DNA of 64,000 nt from a bacterium. Lineage in GTDB: Bacteria; Zhuqueibacterota; Zhuqueibacteria; Residuimicrobiales; Krinioviventaceae. The translations under genes were made by a program, and so were the position numbers. Below are positions 40,238 through 48,593 of the stretch, piece by piece. Position 1 is the first letter of the stretch. Each line of letters opens with the position of its first letter. The notes below the pieces were generated by a model. That model saw only the letters and a list, made by a program, of their open reading frames with translations, had not been told where the DNA came from and did no database searches. The DNA lies in assembly GCA_963674595.2 (NCBI GenBank), contig CAXXFV010000019.1, forward strand, positions 1 through 64,000, given 5' to 3'.

Positions 40238-40735
40238 ATGTCAATCATTACAGGTAAAACATGGTTATATGGTGATGATGTCAACACAGACGTCATCTTT
40301 CCGGGGAAATATACCTATACCGTAACCGATCCTCAGGAAATGGCACAAATTGCAATGGAAGACATTGATCCGGATTTTGCTAAAAATGTAAAACCCGGCG
40401 ACATTGTTGTTGGAGGCAAAAACTTTGGCTGCGGCAGTTCCAGGGAGCAGGCAGCATTCTGCTTAAAATACGCCGGCGTCGGTGCGGTCATCGCCCATTC
40501 TTTTTCGCGTCTTTATTTTAGAAATTGCATAAATGCCGGTTTGCCGGTAATAACCATAAAAGAAGCACCGGATATTTTTACAAAAGGGGAACAAATACAG
40601 GTTGATTTAAGTAAAGGAACAGTAACAACAGGTAATGGAATTTTTAATTTTCCGCCATTGCCGGAAGCAGTCATCGATATTTTTAAAGACGGAGGATTGA
40701 TCCCTCATACAAAAAAAATGTTAGGAATTCATTAA
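40238..40735 (+). CDS. Aconitase-family hydro-lyase small subunit (LeuD/HacB type)
   Basis: [41 protein letters not shown]. Confidence 0.92.
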   Translation: MSIITGKTWLYGDDVNTDVIFPGKYTYTVTDPQEMAQIAMEDIDPDFAKNVKPGDIVVGGKNFGCGSSREQAAFCLKYAGVGAVIAHSFSRLYFRNCINAGLPVITIKEAPDIFTKGEQIQVDLSKGTVTTGNGIFNFPPLPEAVIDIFKDGGLIPHTKKMLGIH

Positions 40736-40750
40736 CTCAAAAGGAACCTT

Positions 40751-41728
40751 ATGTCTTACTCTCAGGAACTGACTAAAGCAATCTCTGCGGTAAAAAAAGC
40801 ATCCAATCTTTGTAAAAACATACAAAATAAACTTAAATCAGACGAGTCCGTCTCAAAAGATGATCGGTCTCCGGTTACCATTGCTGATTTTGGCAGTCAG
40901 GCTCTCATCATTGACGAAATTTTAAAATCATTCCCGAATGATCCTGTTGTTGCCGAAGAAGATGCCCTGTTTTTACGTGAAAACAAACAGTTGCGGGATA
41001 AAGTTCATGAACATGTCATAAAATATAATCCCGACATGTCCGAACAAAAAATGCTCGATATTATTGATTACGGCGTCAAGGAACCGGATTATAAAAAAAG
41101 ATACTGGACTCTTGATCCTATTGACGGAACAAAAGGATTCTTACGGGGTGATCAATACGCTATTGCACTGGCACTGGTGGAAAACGGACAACTGGTTTTG
41201 GGCGTTCTCGGCTGTCCCAACATGGAATATAATGCCGAGTATGGAAACGGATGTATTTTTTACGCTGTTAAAGATCAGGGATCGAAAATGCGTCATCTTG
41301 AAGAGGACGTTGAACAAGAAATTAAAGTCGATACAATCTCCGATCCTGCTCTGGCCTGTTTTTGCGAATCCGTTGAATCCGGACATTCGTCTCATGATGT
41401 TCATGAAAAAATTTCCAAGGAACTCGGTATTACCAAACCACCCTTTAGAATCGACAGTCAATGCAAATACGCCGCAATTGCCAGAGGCGATGTGCCCATT
41501 TATTTGCGAATGGCCAGAGGTTCTCAGTATAAAGAAAAAATTTGGGACCACGCCGCCGGTGTTATTGTTGTTCAGGAAGCCGGTGGTAAAGTGACTGATT
41601 TTAAAAACCAGCCTCTCGACTTTACAACAGGCCGAAAACTGGACAATGCGCCGGGCATACTTGTTACAAACAATGCCCTGCATGAAAACGTTTTAACAGC
41701 TATAAAAAAAACAATAGATACAATTTGA
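40751..41728 (+). CDS. 3'(2'),5'-bisphosphate nucleotidase, HAL2/SAL1 type
   Basis: KDDRSPVTIADFGSQA, EED, DPIDGTKGFLRG, GVLGCPN, ESVESGHS, DSQCKY, EKIWDHAAG. Confidence 0.92.
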   Translation: MSYSQELTKAISAVKKASNLCKNIQNKLKSDESVSKDDRSPVTIADFGSQALIIDEILKSFPNDPVVAEEDALFLRENKQLRDKVHEHVIKYNPDMSEQKMLDIIDYGVKEPDYKKRYWTLDPIDGTKGFLRGDQYAIALALVENGQLVLGVLGCPNMEYNAEYGNGCIFYAVKDQGSKMRHLEEDVEQEIKVDTISDPALACFCESVESGHSSHDVHEKISKELGITKPPFRIDSQCKYAAIARGDVPIYLRMARGSQYKEKIWDHAAGVIVVQEAGGKVTDFKNQPLDFTTGRKLDNAPGILVTNNALHENVLTAIKKTIDTI

Positions 41729-41735
41729 GTATTAA

Positions 41736-42194
41736 ATGAATAAAAATGAATCCTATTCCTGGGCCCAAAAACGGATCCGGGCCCAGGTGCTTCGTCATCA
41801 GGACCTTGTTGCCACGTTGGCCAATACGGCTGCAATATTAAAAGAATATTTCACCAATTATTTTTGGGTCGGATTTTATTTTCTCAAACCGGACCATCTG
41901 CTGCTTGGGCCCTTTCAGGGTCCGCCTGCATGTGTAAAATTACAGTTGGATAAAGGTGTTTGCGCAAAATGTGTTTCCGACAGAAAAACAATCCTGGTTA
42001 GTAATGTACATAATTTTCCCGATCACATTGCCTGTGATTCCCGTTCAAATTCAGAAATAGTTGTTCCCCTTTTTAACAAAGACAATGAGTTAATAGCTGT
42101 TCTTGATATTGACAGTGAAAGCCTGGATGATTTTGAAAAAAGCGATGCAGCGGAACTGGAAAAAATAGCTAAACTTTTAAAAGATATTTTTTAA
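41736..42194 (+). CDS. GAF-domain free methionine-(R)-sulfoxide reductase (MsrC-like)
   Basis: WVGFY, LGPFQGPPAC, GVC, FPDHIACD..SNSEIVVP, VLDIDS. Confidence 0.88.
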   Translation: MNKNESYSWAQKRIRAQVLRHQDLVATLANTAAILKEYFTNYFWVGFYFLKPDHLLLGPFQGPPACVKLQLDKGVCAKCVSDRKTILVSNVHNFPDHIACDSRSNSEIVVPLFNKDNELIAVLDIDSESLDDFEKSDAAELEKIAKLLKDIF

Positions 42195-42207
42195 AATTAT
42201 TTAAATA

Positions 42208-42990
42208 TCATTTTTGGATCCAGTTGGATTGTATAAATCCCTGGTTGCCTTTATAAGGGCCATCTAAAATAATTACATTGTAAAAATCTGTTAAACTTTT
42301 CTCCAGTTTTACTTTGGTTCCATTTAAAACAGGATAGACGTCATTACGGCAGCATGTTGGTCTTTGCCCCAAAGTTAACAGATTATAATCAAACTTTTTC
42401 AACTCATCTGCTTTTTTCATCCATTTCCTGGCATCTGTTGAATCTTTAAAAACCGGGAAAATCTGGACTCCTTTAAACTCAACATATCCCCTTGGGGCAC
42501 GAAAAATTTGCGCAACAAAAAAACTTGACATCCCTAAAAAAAACAAAATGATAATAATTATCAGCAGGGAACCCTTGTGAGCATCGCGATAGGTATATGA
42601 TCTCGCAACGTCTAAATTAGCATAACACTTGGAACAGTATTTTAATGTGGGACTGTTGGGTTGGTGGCAAAGGGGACAAAAGCGAACATTTACTTTATCA
42701 ATTTTTGATTCAACAGATTGTTCCGGGGGTGCATCAGGGGATGCGTCATTTTCATCTTCAATATTGTCTGTAAAAGGATCCTGCTCAATATTTTCAAAAG
42801 GTTGAAAAATATTTTCACGGACCAATTCATTTACAGGAACGGCCCGGAGGAATCCCTTGTTTTCCTGCAAAACAACAAACAAAGTCTTACAGTTATTACA
42901 CCGCCACCTTTTATGTTCAGTCCAGTTGTCAGAGGTAAACCTTTTATGACAATTCGGACATTCAACGCTGATTTTCATCATAAATCCCAC
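42208..42990 (-). CDS. Zinc-ribbon membrane-anchored hypothetical protein
   Basis: CPNC..CNNC and CPLC..CSKC motifs, one TM, SH3-like tail (ILDGPYKGNQGFI). Confidence 0.65.
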   Translation of the reverse strand: MGFMMKISVECPNCHKRFTSDNWTEHKRWRCNNCKTLFVVLQENKGFLRAVPVNELVRENIFQPFENIEQDPFTDNIEDENDASPDAPPEQSVESKIDKVNVRFCPLCHQPNSPTLKYCSKCYANLDVARSYTYRDAHKGSLLIIIIILFFLGMSSFFVAQIFRAPRGYVEFKGVQIFPVFKDSTDARKWMKKADELKKFDYNLLTLGQRPTCCRNDVYPVLNGTKVKLEKSLTDFYNVIILDGPYKGNQGFIQSNWIQK

Positions 42991-43170
42991 AGACTCGTAC
43001 TTGTAAATCCCACATTTTTTGCGACAAGAGATGAGAAAGCCAACTGTATACCAACAGTTAATGATGCATCAAGTCCGTTTAGTACCGTTCTGGAATCAGT
43101 AAGGGAACTTTTATATACTATACAAGTACAGAATTTTTATAAAAATGCGAAAAAAAAACCAAGTTAAAAC

Positions 43171-43225
43171 CCTCTCTCCGACCTAAAGGCCGGAGTTCTT
43201 CGTTCCCGCCCATACCGGGAATCCA
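43171..43225 (+). repeat. REP-like element, copy 1 of a ~50-bp direct repeat (copy 2 at 47581-47630)
   Basis: CTCCGACC-TAAA-GGCCGGAG hairpin followed by TTCCCG..CGGGAATCCA; 37/50 identical to 47581-47630 by hand alignment. Confidence 0.6.
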
Positions 43226-43242
43226 TTCTAATACGCAATCAG

Positions 43243-44967
43243 GGGGCTGTATCAAAAGTTCTTTATAATAAGATAAAAAATAAGTATAATTTTAAAAAAA
43301 GGAAAGTAATACGAGTAGAGAGCGGATGAAAAAGTTTAGAGAAGTCCATCAGAACCAAATAATGTTATTGCCACCGAGCCTGGATGAATTTATAGACAAA
43401 AACCATCTGGTCCGGGTATTGGATTCTGTAATAGATCGAATTTCTTCAAAATCCATAGAAAATCGTTTTAGCGGAGGCGGCACACCGTCCTATCATCCGC
43501 GAATGATGCTCAAAGTTATTTTATATGCTTATATTTGTCATATTTATAGTTGTCGTAAAATCGCCAAAGCACTGCGTGAAGATTTACCCTTTATGTGGCT
43601 TTCCGGTATGAGCCGTCCTGATTTTAATACAGTAAATCGTTTTCGCAGTGAGTACTTTCGCAACACGATGGAAGATATTTTTAGCCAGGTATTGCTGTTT
43701 CTAGAAGCAGAAGGCTATATTGATTTAAAAAATTATTTTGTTGATGGCAGCAAATTTGAGGCAAACGCAGGTAAATACACCTATGTGTGGAGAAAAAACA
43801 CCGAACGTTATAAAGCCGCTGTAAAGCAACGGGTCCAATCCCTATTTCACGAGATTGATGAGCTTAATGCTGAAGAGGACTTGAAATATGGGGAAAGCGA
43901 TCTACCGGAACGGGGAGAGCATTCGGACATCACGGCTGAGAACATTGAAAAGGTTGCAGAAGAAATCAACGAACGACTGGAAAAAGAAGGGAATAAGAAA
44001 AAGGCCCGCTCTTTAAAAAGCCGGGCCAACAAGCTGAAGAAGGAATCGGAAAAATTGGCCAAATATGAGGACCAGGAAAATAAACTTGCCGGCCGCAACT
44101 CTTATTCCAAAACAGACACCGACGCGACCTTTATGCGAATGAAAGATGAAACGCTTCGGCCTGCCTATAATGTGCAAATCAGTACCAACCACCAATTTCT
44201 TGTCAATTATTCTGTTGGTCAAAATGCATCGGACTCAGCCAGCTTTCCAGCCCATCTTTTCAAGATCGTCAAGCGGAATGAAAAATTTATTCCAGAGACC
44301 TATACCGGAGACTGTGGCTATGGCAATCATGAAAACTATTTACTTTTGTCTGAATATAAAATAGAAAACTTTTTGAAATATGGTTCGTTCCATCGAGAAC
44401 AAAGCCGTAGTTTTCGTCAAAATATCTTTCATCGAGATAATATGAGATATGATAAGCAGCAGGATTGCTTCTATTGTCCGGCAGACAGAGCGCTCTGGTT
44501 CCGGGATATAAGGACCAGGAAAACAGCAACAGGGTTCCTCAATCAACAACGTGTTTATGAATGTGAAGATTGTGGCGGTTGTTCACATGCCGAAAAATGT
44601 AAAAGAGGTGCTGGCCATCGAACAGTGCAGATAAATCGTGAATTGGAAAAATTCAAGGCAAAAGCCCGCGAGAATTTGAATTCTGAAAAAGGTATAAAAC
44701 TCCGTAAAAAAAGAGGCAATGAAGTTGAAACCCCGTTTGCTGATTTCAAAAAAAACCAAAAATTCAGTAAATTTAGTTTAAGGGGAATTGAAAAAGTAAA
44801 CCATGAATTTGGGTTGCTATGCTTGGCATTTAATATCCGAAAATACTATAAAAAATCAGGAAATTAAAAAAATATAAAGCCCGATTCTCTTAAAGCAGGC
44901 TTTGTTTCTAAATAATACTAAAATTACTTTATTGAATTGCAGTTTTTTGGGCTTTTGATACAGCCCC
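43243..44967 (+). mobile_element. IS1182-family insertion sequence
   Basis: Perfect 16-bp terminal IRs GGGGCTGTATCAAAAG (43243-43258) and CTTTTGATACAGCCCC (44952-44967); no clear target duplication. Confidence 0.9.
43326..44867 (+). CDS. IS1182-family DDE transposase
   Basis: LLPPSLDE, YHPRMMLK, PDFNTVNRFR, VDGSKFEANA, SKTDTDATFMRMK, GDCGY, VETPFA. Confidence 0.95.
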   Translation: MKKFREVHQNQIMLLPPSLDEFIDKNHLVRVLDSVIDRISSKSIENRFSGGGTPSYHPRMMLKVILYAYICHIYSCRKIAKALREDLPFMWLSGMSRPDFNTVNRFRSEYFRNTMEDIFSQVLLFLEAEGYIDLKNYFVDGSKFEANAGKYTYVWRKNTERYKAAVKQRVQSLFHEIDELNAEEDLKYGESDLPERGEHSDITAENIEKVAEEINERLEKEGNKKKARSLKSRANKLKKESEKLAKYEDQENKLAGRNSYSKTDTDATFMRMKDETLRPAYNVQISTNHQFLVNYSVGQNASDSASFPAHLFKIVKRNEKFIPETYTGDCGYGNHENYLLLSEYKIENFLKYGSFHREQSRSFRQNIFHRDNMRYDKQQDCFYCPADRALWFRDIRTRKTATGFLNQQRVYECEDCGGCSHAEKCKRGAGHRTVQINRELEKFKAKARENLNSEKGIKLRKKRGNEVETPFADFKKNQKFSKFSLRGIEKVNHEFGLLCLAFNIRKYYKKSGN

Positions 44968-45865
44968 TTTGAAATACTTACATTTCAGGCTTTAGCTTTT
45001 GTAGAATTATAATAATATTGGTCGCACCGGGAATCCAGTGCACAATCAGACGGGATATTTACCAGGATTTAACCTAATTCCATATTTATTTAAAACTCTA
45101 ATAAAGGAATTTCCGTGAAAGTCAATTTAGACCTACAATTATAACTCCTCAATCTTTTCAATAATAATTTTATTTTCATTCCCTAACACTCGATAAATAT
45201 TACCAAACTGATCAAGTTCATAATTCTTTTCAAACATTTCATCAAGTTTACCTACATCGTTATAATACTTTAAATTAATTTTTTTAATAATTTTATATTC
45301 TCCTTTAGTTTTTTTAATTACACCTATATATACTCGACCATTTTCAATAGGAATATTTCTATAATTATCCTTTACTAAAACAGCATAGTAATTATTTTTA
45401 TTATCAAAACCAATATTCTCAACATTGTTAAAAGAAGATAAAAAATCAATCAATCCTTTATCAAATGTTATTTTGTAGGTTTTCAAGTACCTACCATCTT
45501 TACAATGAAAACCATAATAACTTGAACTACCATACTGTCGCTGAACAGTTAAAACTGTATCCTCAAAAAAATACATCAACGGCATAGTAGTTAATGTATC
45601 ATTTCCTGCTTTAGAAATTTTATAAAGAAAATTTCCGTCAAAATCAAATTTTTTAATTTCATTATTATCAGAAACGTAAATATTATCATATTTATCTAAT
45701 ATTAGATCATTAATACATGAAAATTCATTATTTCCATGTCCTTTTCCGCCAAAGACTTTCACCAAGTCACCGGATTGGTTAAATCTTTGTATTCTATAAT
45801 TATGTGTATTGTAATACTTATCTTTGAACTTGAGAAAAGGGCCAAAAATATTAAATTAGTCTATT

Positions 45866-46189
45866 ATGAAAAATGGAGGCCCAATGAGCAAACGAAGACG
45901 CTTTACTGCTGAAGAAAAAGTCCAAATTTTAAGAGAACATTTAGAAAATAAGATCAGCATATCCGAAATAGCTAAACAATATAATATTCATCCTGTAGTT
46001 ATACACAGATGGAAAAAAGAGCTCTTTGAAAATGCGCTTGACGGTTTTTCCGGCAAACATAAAAAGCGTAAAGGAAAATCTGTCAAAGAAGAACGTCTTG
46101 AAACCAAAGTCAGCAAAATGCAGGAAGTCATCACCGAACTCTCCACAGAGGTCGTTGATTTGCGAAAAAAGTATTTTGGGGCAACCTGA
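45866..46189 (+). CDS. IS3 OrfA (HTH)
   Basis: RRRFTAEEKVQIL..IAKQYNIHPVVIHRWKK plus a leucine-zipper-like tail. Confidence 0.9.
   Translation: MKNGGPMSKRRRFTAEEKVQILREHLENKISISEIAKQYNIHPVVIHRWKKELFENALDGFSGKHKKRKGKSVKEERLETKVSKMQEVITELSTEVVDLRKKYFGAT
46165..46171 (+). other. Programmed -1 ribosomal frameshift site A_AAA_AAG
   Basis: In OrfA frame (CGA AAA AAG); the -1 frame is open (VFWGNLKKTWVAPDVRDDV) into OrfB. Confidence 0.8.
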
Positions 46190-47154
46190 AAAAGACATGG
46201 GTTGCTCCTGATGTTAGAGATGATGTTTTGTCTTCTCTGCAAACGTTAACGGCAAAGACCGGTGTTCCTTTGAGTTTATTACTCAAGACCATTGGTTTGT
46301 CCTGGACCCGGTACTATGACTGGCAAAAACGTTTTGGTCAACCAAATCAACATAACAGCGACACACCTCGCAGCTTTTGGCTGGAACCGTGGGAGTGTCA
46401 ACGTATCATAAAATACAAAAAGGAACATATGCAGATCGGCTATAAACGACTGACCTATATGATGCTTGATGAAAATGTTGTTGCTGTGAGCCCGTCAACG
46501 ACCTATCGTATTCTGCGGAACGCCGGACTCACAAGTCAATGGAATAACAGTACGTTACAATCAAATAAGAAAGGCTTTATTCAACCCAAAAGACCGCATC
46601 AGCATTGGCATATAGATATTTCCTATATTGCCTTTCATGGTTCGCATCTCTTTTTGATTTCTGTACTGGACGGATTTTCAAGATTTATCGTTCACCATGA
46701 ATTAAGAACTCATATGCAGGAATATGATGTCGAGATTGTACTGCAAAGAGCTTTGGAAAAATATCCAAATGAAAAACCTCGAATTATTTCCGATAATGGT
46801 TCACAGTTTATTGCCAATGACTTTAAATCTTTTTTAAGGTTAAATAATTTGACGCACGTTCGAACTTCGATTAATCATCCACAGTCGAATGGTAAAATTG
46901 AAGCTTTTCATAAAATCATTAAAAATGAATGCACCCGAATTCAAAGTATGATTAATCTGGAGGATGCCAGAAATAAAGTCGTACTTTATATCCATCAATA
47001 CAACTATAACCGGTTACACAGTGCTATTGGATTTATTACACCATTTGACAAATTATCAGGAAAAGCTGATAGTATTTTCAAAGAACGTGATATGAAACTT
47101 GAACAAGCCCGCCAAAGAAGGCAGGAAAACAATAAAATTATAAAGGCAGCTTAA
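46171..47154 (+). CDS. IS3 OrfB DDE integrase domain (expressed as an OrfAB fusion)
   Basis: GYKRL, WHIDISY, ISDNGSQF, PQSNGKIEAFH, YNYNRLHSAIGFITP. Confidence 0.92.
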   Translation, partial: VFWGNLKKTWVAPDVRDDVLSSLQTLTAKTGVPLSLLLKTIGLSWTRYYDWQKRFGQPNQHNSDTPRSFWLEPWECQRIIKYKKEHMQIGYKRLTYMMLDENVVAVSPSTTYRILRNAGLTSQWNNSTLQSNKKGFIQPKRPHQHWHIDISYIAFHGSHLFLISVLDGFSRFIVHHELRTHMQEYDVEIVLQRALEKYPNEKPRIISDNGSQFIANDFKSFLRLNNLTHVRTSINHPQSNGKIEAFHKIIKNECTRIQSMINLEDARNKVVLYIHQYNYNRLHSAIGFITPFDKLSGKADSIFKERDMKLEQARQRRQENNKIIKAA

Positions 47155-47580
47155 AACTAACTTATTTCAAATATGCCTTTTCTCAAGTTTACCTTGAACC
47201 TTTACAGTATCTGCAATAATAATATCACCATTACTCGCAATATCAAATCCAGTTATAGAAAAAGGCATGCTTGCAGTGCCTGGTTTTATTCCTACTTGTC
47301 CCTCTTTAACACCTCTTTCACAAATTAAAACCACTTTAGATATCGGACATTCGTACTCAATTTCTGAATGATTACAATAAATACAATATAGAAAAATGGT
47401 TAAAAATAGTATTAAAAATATTCCTTCTTTGTTTAAAATATTTTTATGCATACTCGTTCCCTTATTTAATTCATGAAAAATTTGATCATTTAAGGATGTG
47501 TACCATTGAATCGATCAACAAATGGTCCAAGTTCAATGACATCAACCATTCAGGTCTAAAACTCATCTCTTTATTTTTGT

Positions 47581-47630
47581 CCTCACTCCGATCTAAAGGC
47601 CGGAATTGCCCATTCTTACCCGTACCGAAA
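47581..47630 (+). repeat. REP-like element, copy 2
   Basis: CCTCACTCCGATCTAAAGGCCGGAA.., homologous to 43171-43220. Confidence 0.55.
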
Positions 47631-47641
47631 ACAATTTATTA

Positions 47642-48298
47642 TTAATCACTAACCATAATTCTAGCATAGAGACCGCTGATTTCTATAAATTGTAAATATT
47701 GCAATAAATCAAATGCATTTAAATTATCTAAATAACCGACATACTCGTTAAAATTTAATATCTCTGAAAATTTTCCATCGACAATTTCCTTATCATTAGA
47801 ATAAGCGATATATATTTCAATGGGAACTTCAATATAAGATTTTTTCGTACGTTTTTGATTGGCTTCAACTTTTTTTCTATTTAAATTTTGTATAATAATC
47901 GAAACAGGAAATTTAAAAAAGTCTGAATATATTTTATTTGGTTCTAATACTCTATATTTATGAAAATAATTAAATTCATAAATAACTAAAAGTCCACCAA
48001 GATCCATTTGTAAAATAGTAAAGCTTTGATTAAACTCTAATGGATTTTCCGGGGGTAATCCTTTTATCTTTGTATCAAAAATTGCAATTTTAGAAATTGT
48101 ACTATTCGATACACTATATTTAATTTCCAAAGAATCATTATTTCTGTATATTTTAGGATTTACCACTTCAATTGTGAATTCTAAATCATCTCTTAATAGT
48201 TCAATTTTTTGTGATTGGGCTTTAGTAGTGTTTTTCATTAATAGACATAGAATCGAAATCAATATTAAATTTTTAATGCTATTCATTAACGACTCCAA
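47642..48298 (-). CDS. Hypothetical secreted protein (very AT-rich)
   Basis: Signal-like N-terminus ending TKA-Q; no motif recognised. Confidence 0.6.
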   Translation of the reverse strand: MESLMNSIKNLILISILCLLMKNTTKAQSQKIELLRDDLEFTIEVVNPKIYRNNDSLEIKYSVSNSTISKIAIFDTKIKGLPPENPLEFNQSFTILQMDLGGLLVIYEFNYFHKYRVLEPNKIYSDFFKFPVSIIIQNLNRKKVEANQKRTKKSYIEVPIEIYIAYSNDKEIVDGKFSEILNFNEYVGYLDNLNAFDLLQYLQFIEISGLYARIMVSD

Positions 48299-48343
48299 TT
48301 AAATTTAATAATAATCGATTAAAGTGGAAAAGTTGGTAGTCAG

Positions 48344-48363
48344 CTCCGCTCTTTAGAGCGGGG
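48344..48363. repeat. REP-like hairpin of the same family in the opposite orientation
   Basis: CTCCGCTC-TTTA-GAGCGGGG, preceded by GTAG at 48336. Confidence 0.5.
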
Positions 48364-48593
48364 ATCAGCCCGCCACACTCATCCGGGCCTTATCCCTTGA
48401 AAAATTTTAATAATTTTGTCAATATTTCTTATAAAGCCAAAAACAAGATACCGCCGACATGACATTTTCGGATCCTGTCATTAAATTTATTTTACAACTC
48501 CCTTTCCCTGTCATTATGGAAGAATCCTACTGAGACGAAAAACGGATTAACTGACAACAAAATGCATCTGGTGTGATCTTTTGTTTCCAGTTA

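Larger units (their letters stand above)
45810..47206 (+). mobile_element. IS3-family insertion sequence
   Basis: TG..CA ends; imperfect 31-bp IRs sharing TGTAA and AACTTGAGAAAAGG; GTAT duplicated at 45806-45809 and 47207-47210. Confidence 0.93.
45139..47451 (-). pseudogene. NHL-repeat/beta-propeller gene split by the IS3 element (5' part 47451-47207, 3' part 45805-45139)
   Basis: Removing the IS and one GTAT copy restores the frame ..GDIIIADT-HNYRIQRFNQSGDLVKVFGGKG.., a typical NHL repeat. Confidence 0.88.

Noticed and set aside
42991-43140. Riboswitch (e.g. c-di-GMP) upstream of the zinc-ribbon gene
   Set aside because: Only a short hairpin (AACTGTATACCAACAGTT); I could not find the conserved aptamer motifs.
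43230-44980. Target-site duplication or composite transposon for IS1182
   Set aside because: Flanks (..AATCAG and TTTGAA..) show no direct repeat and only one copy is present.
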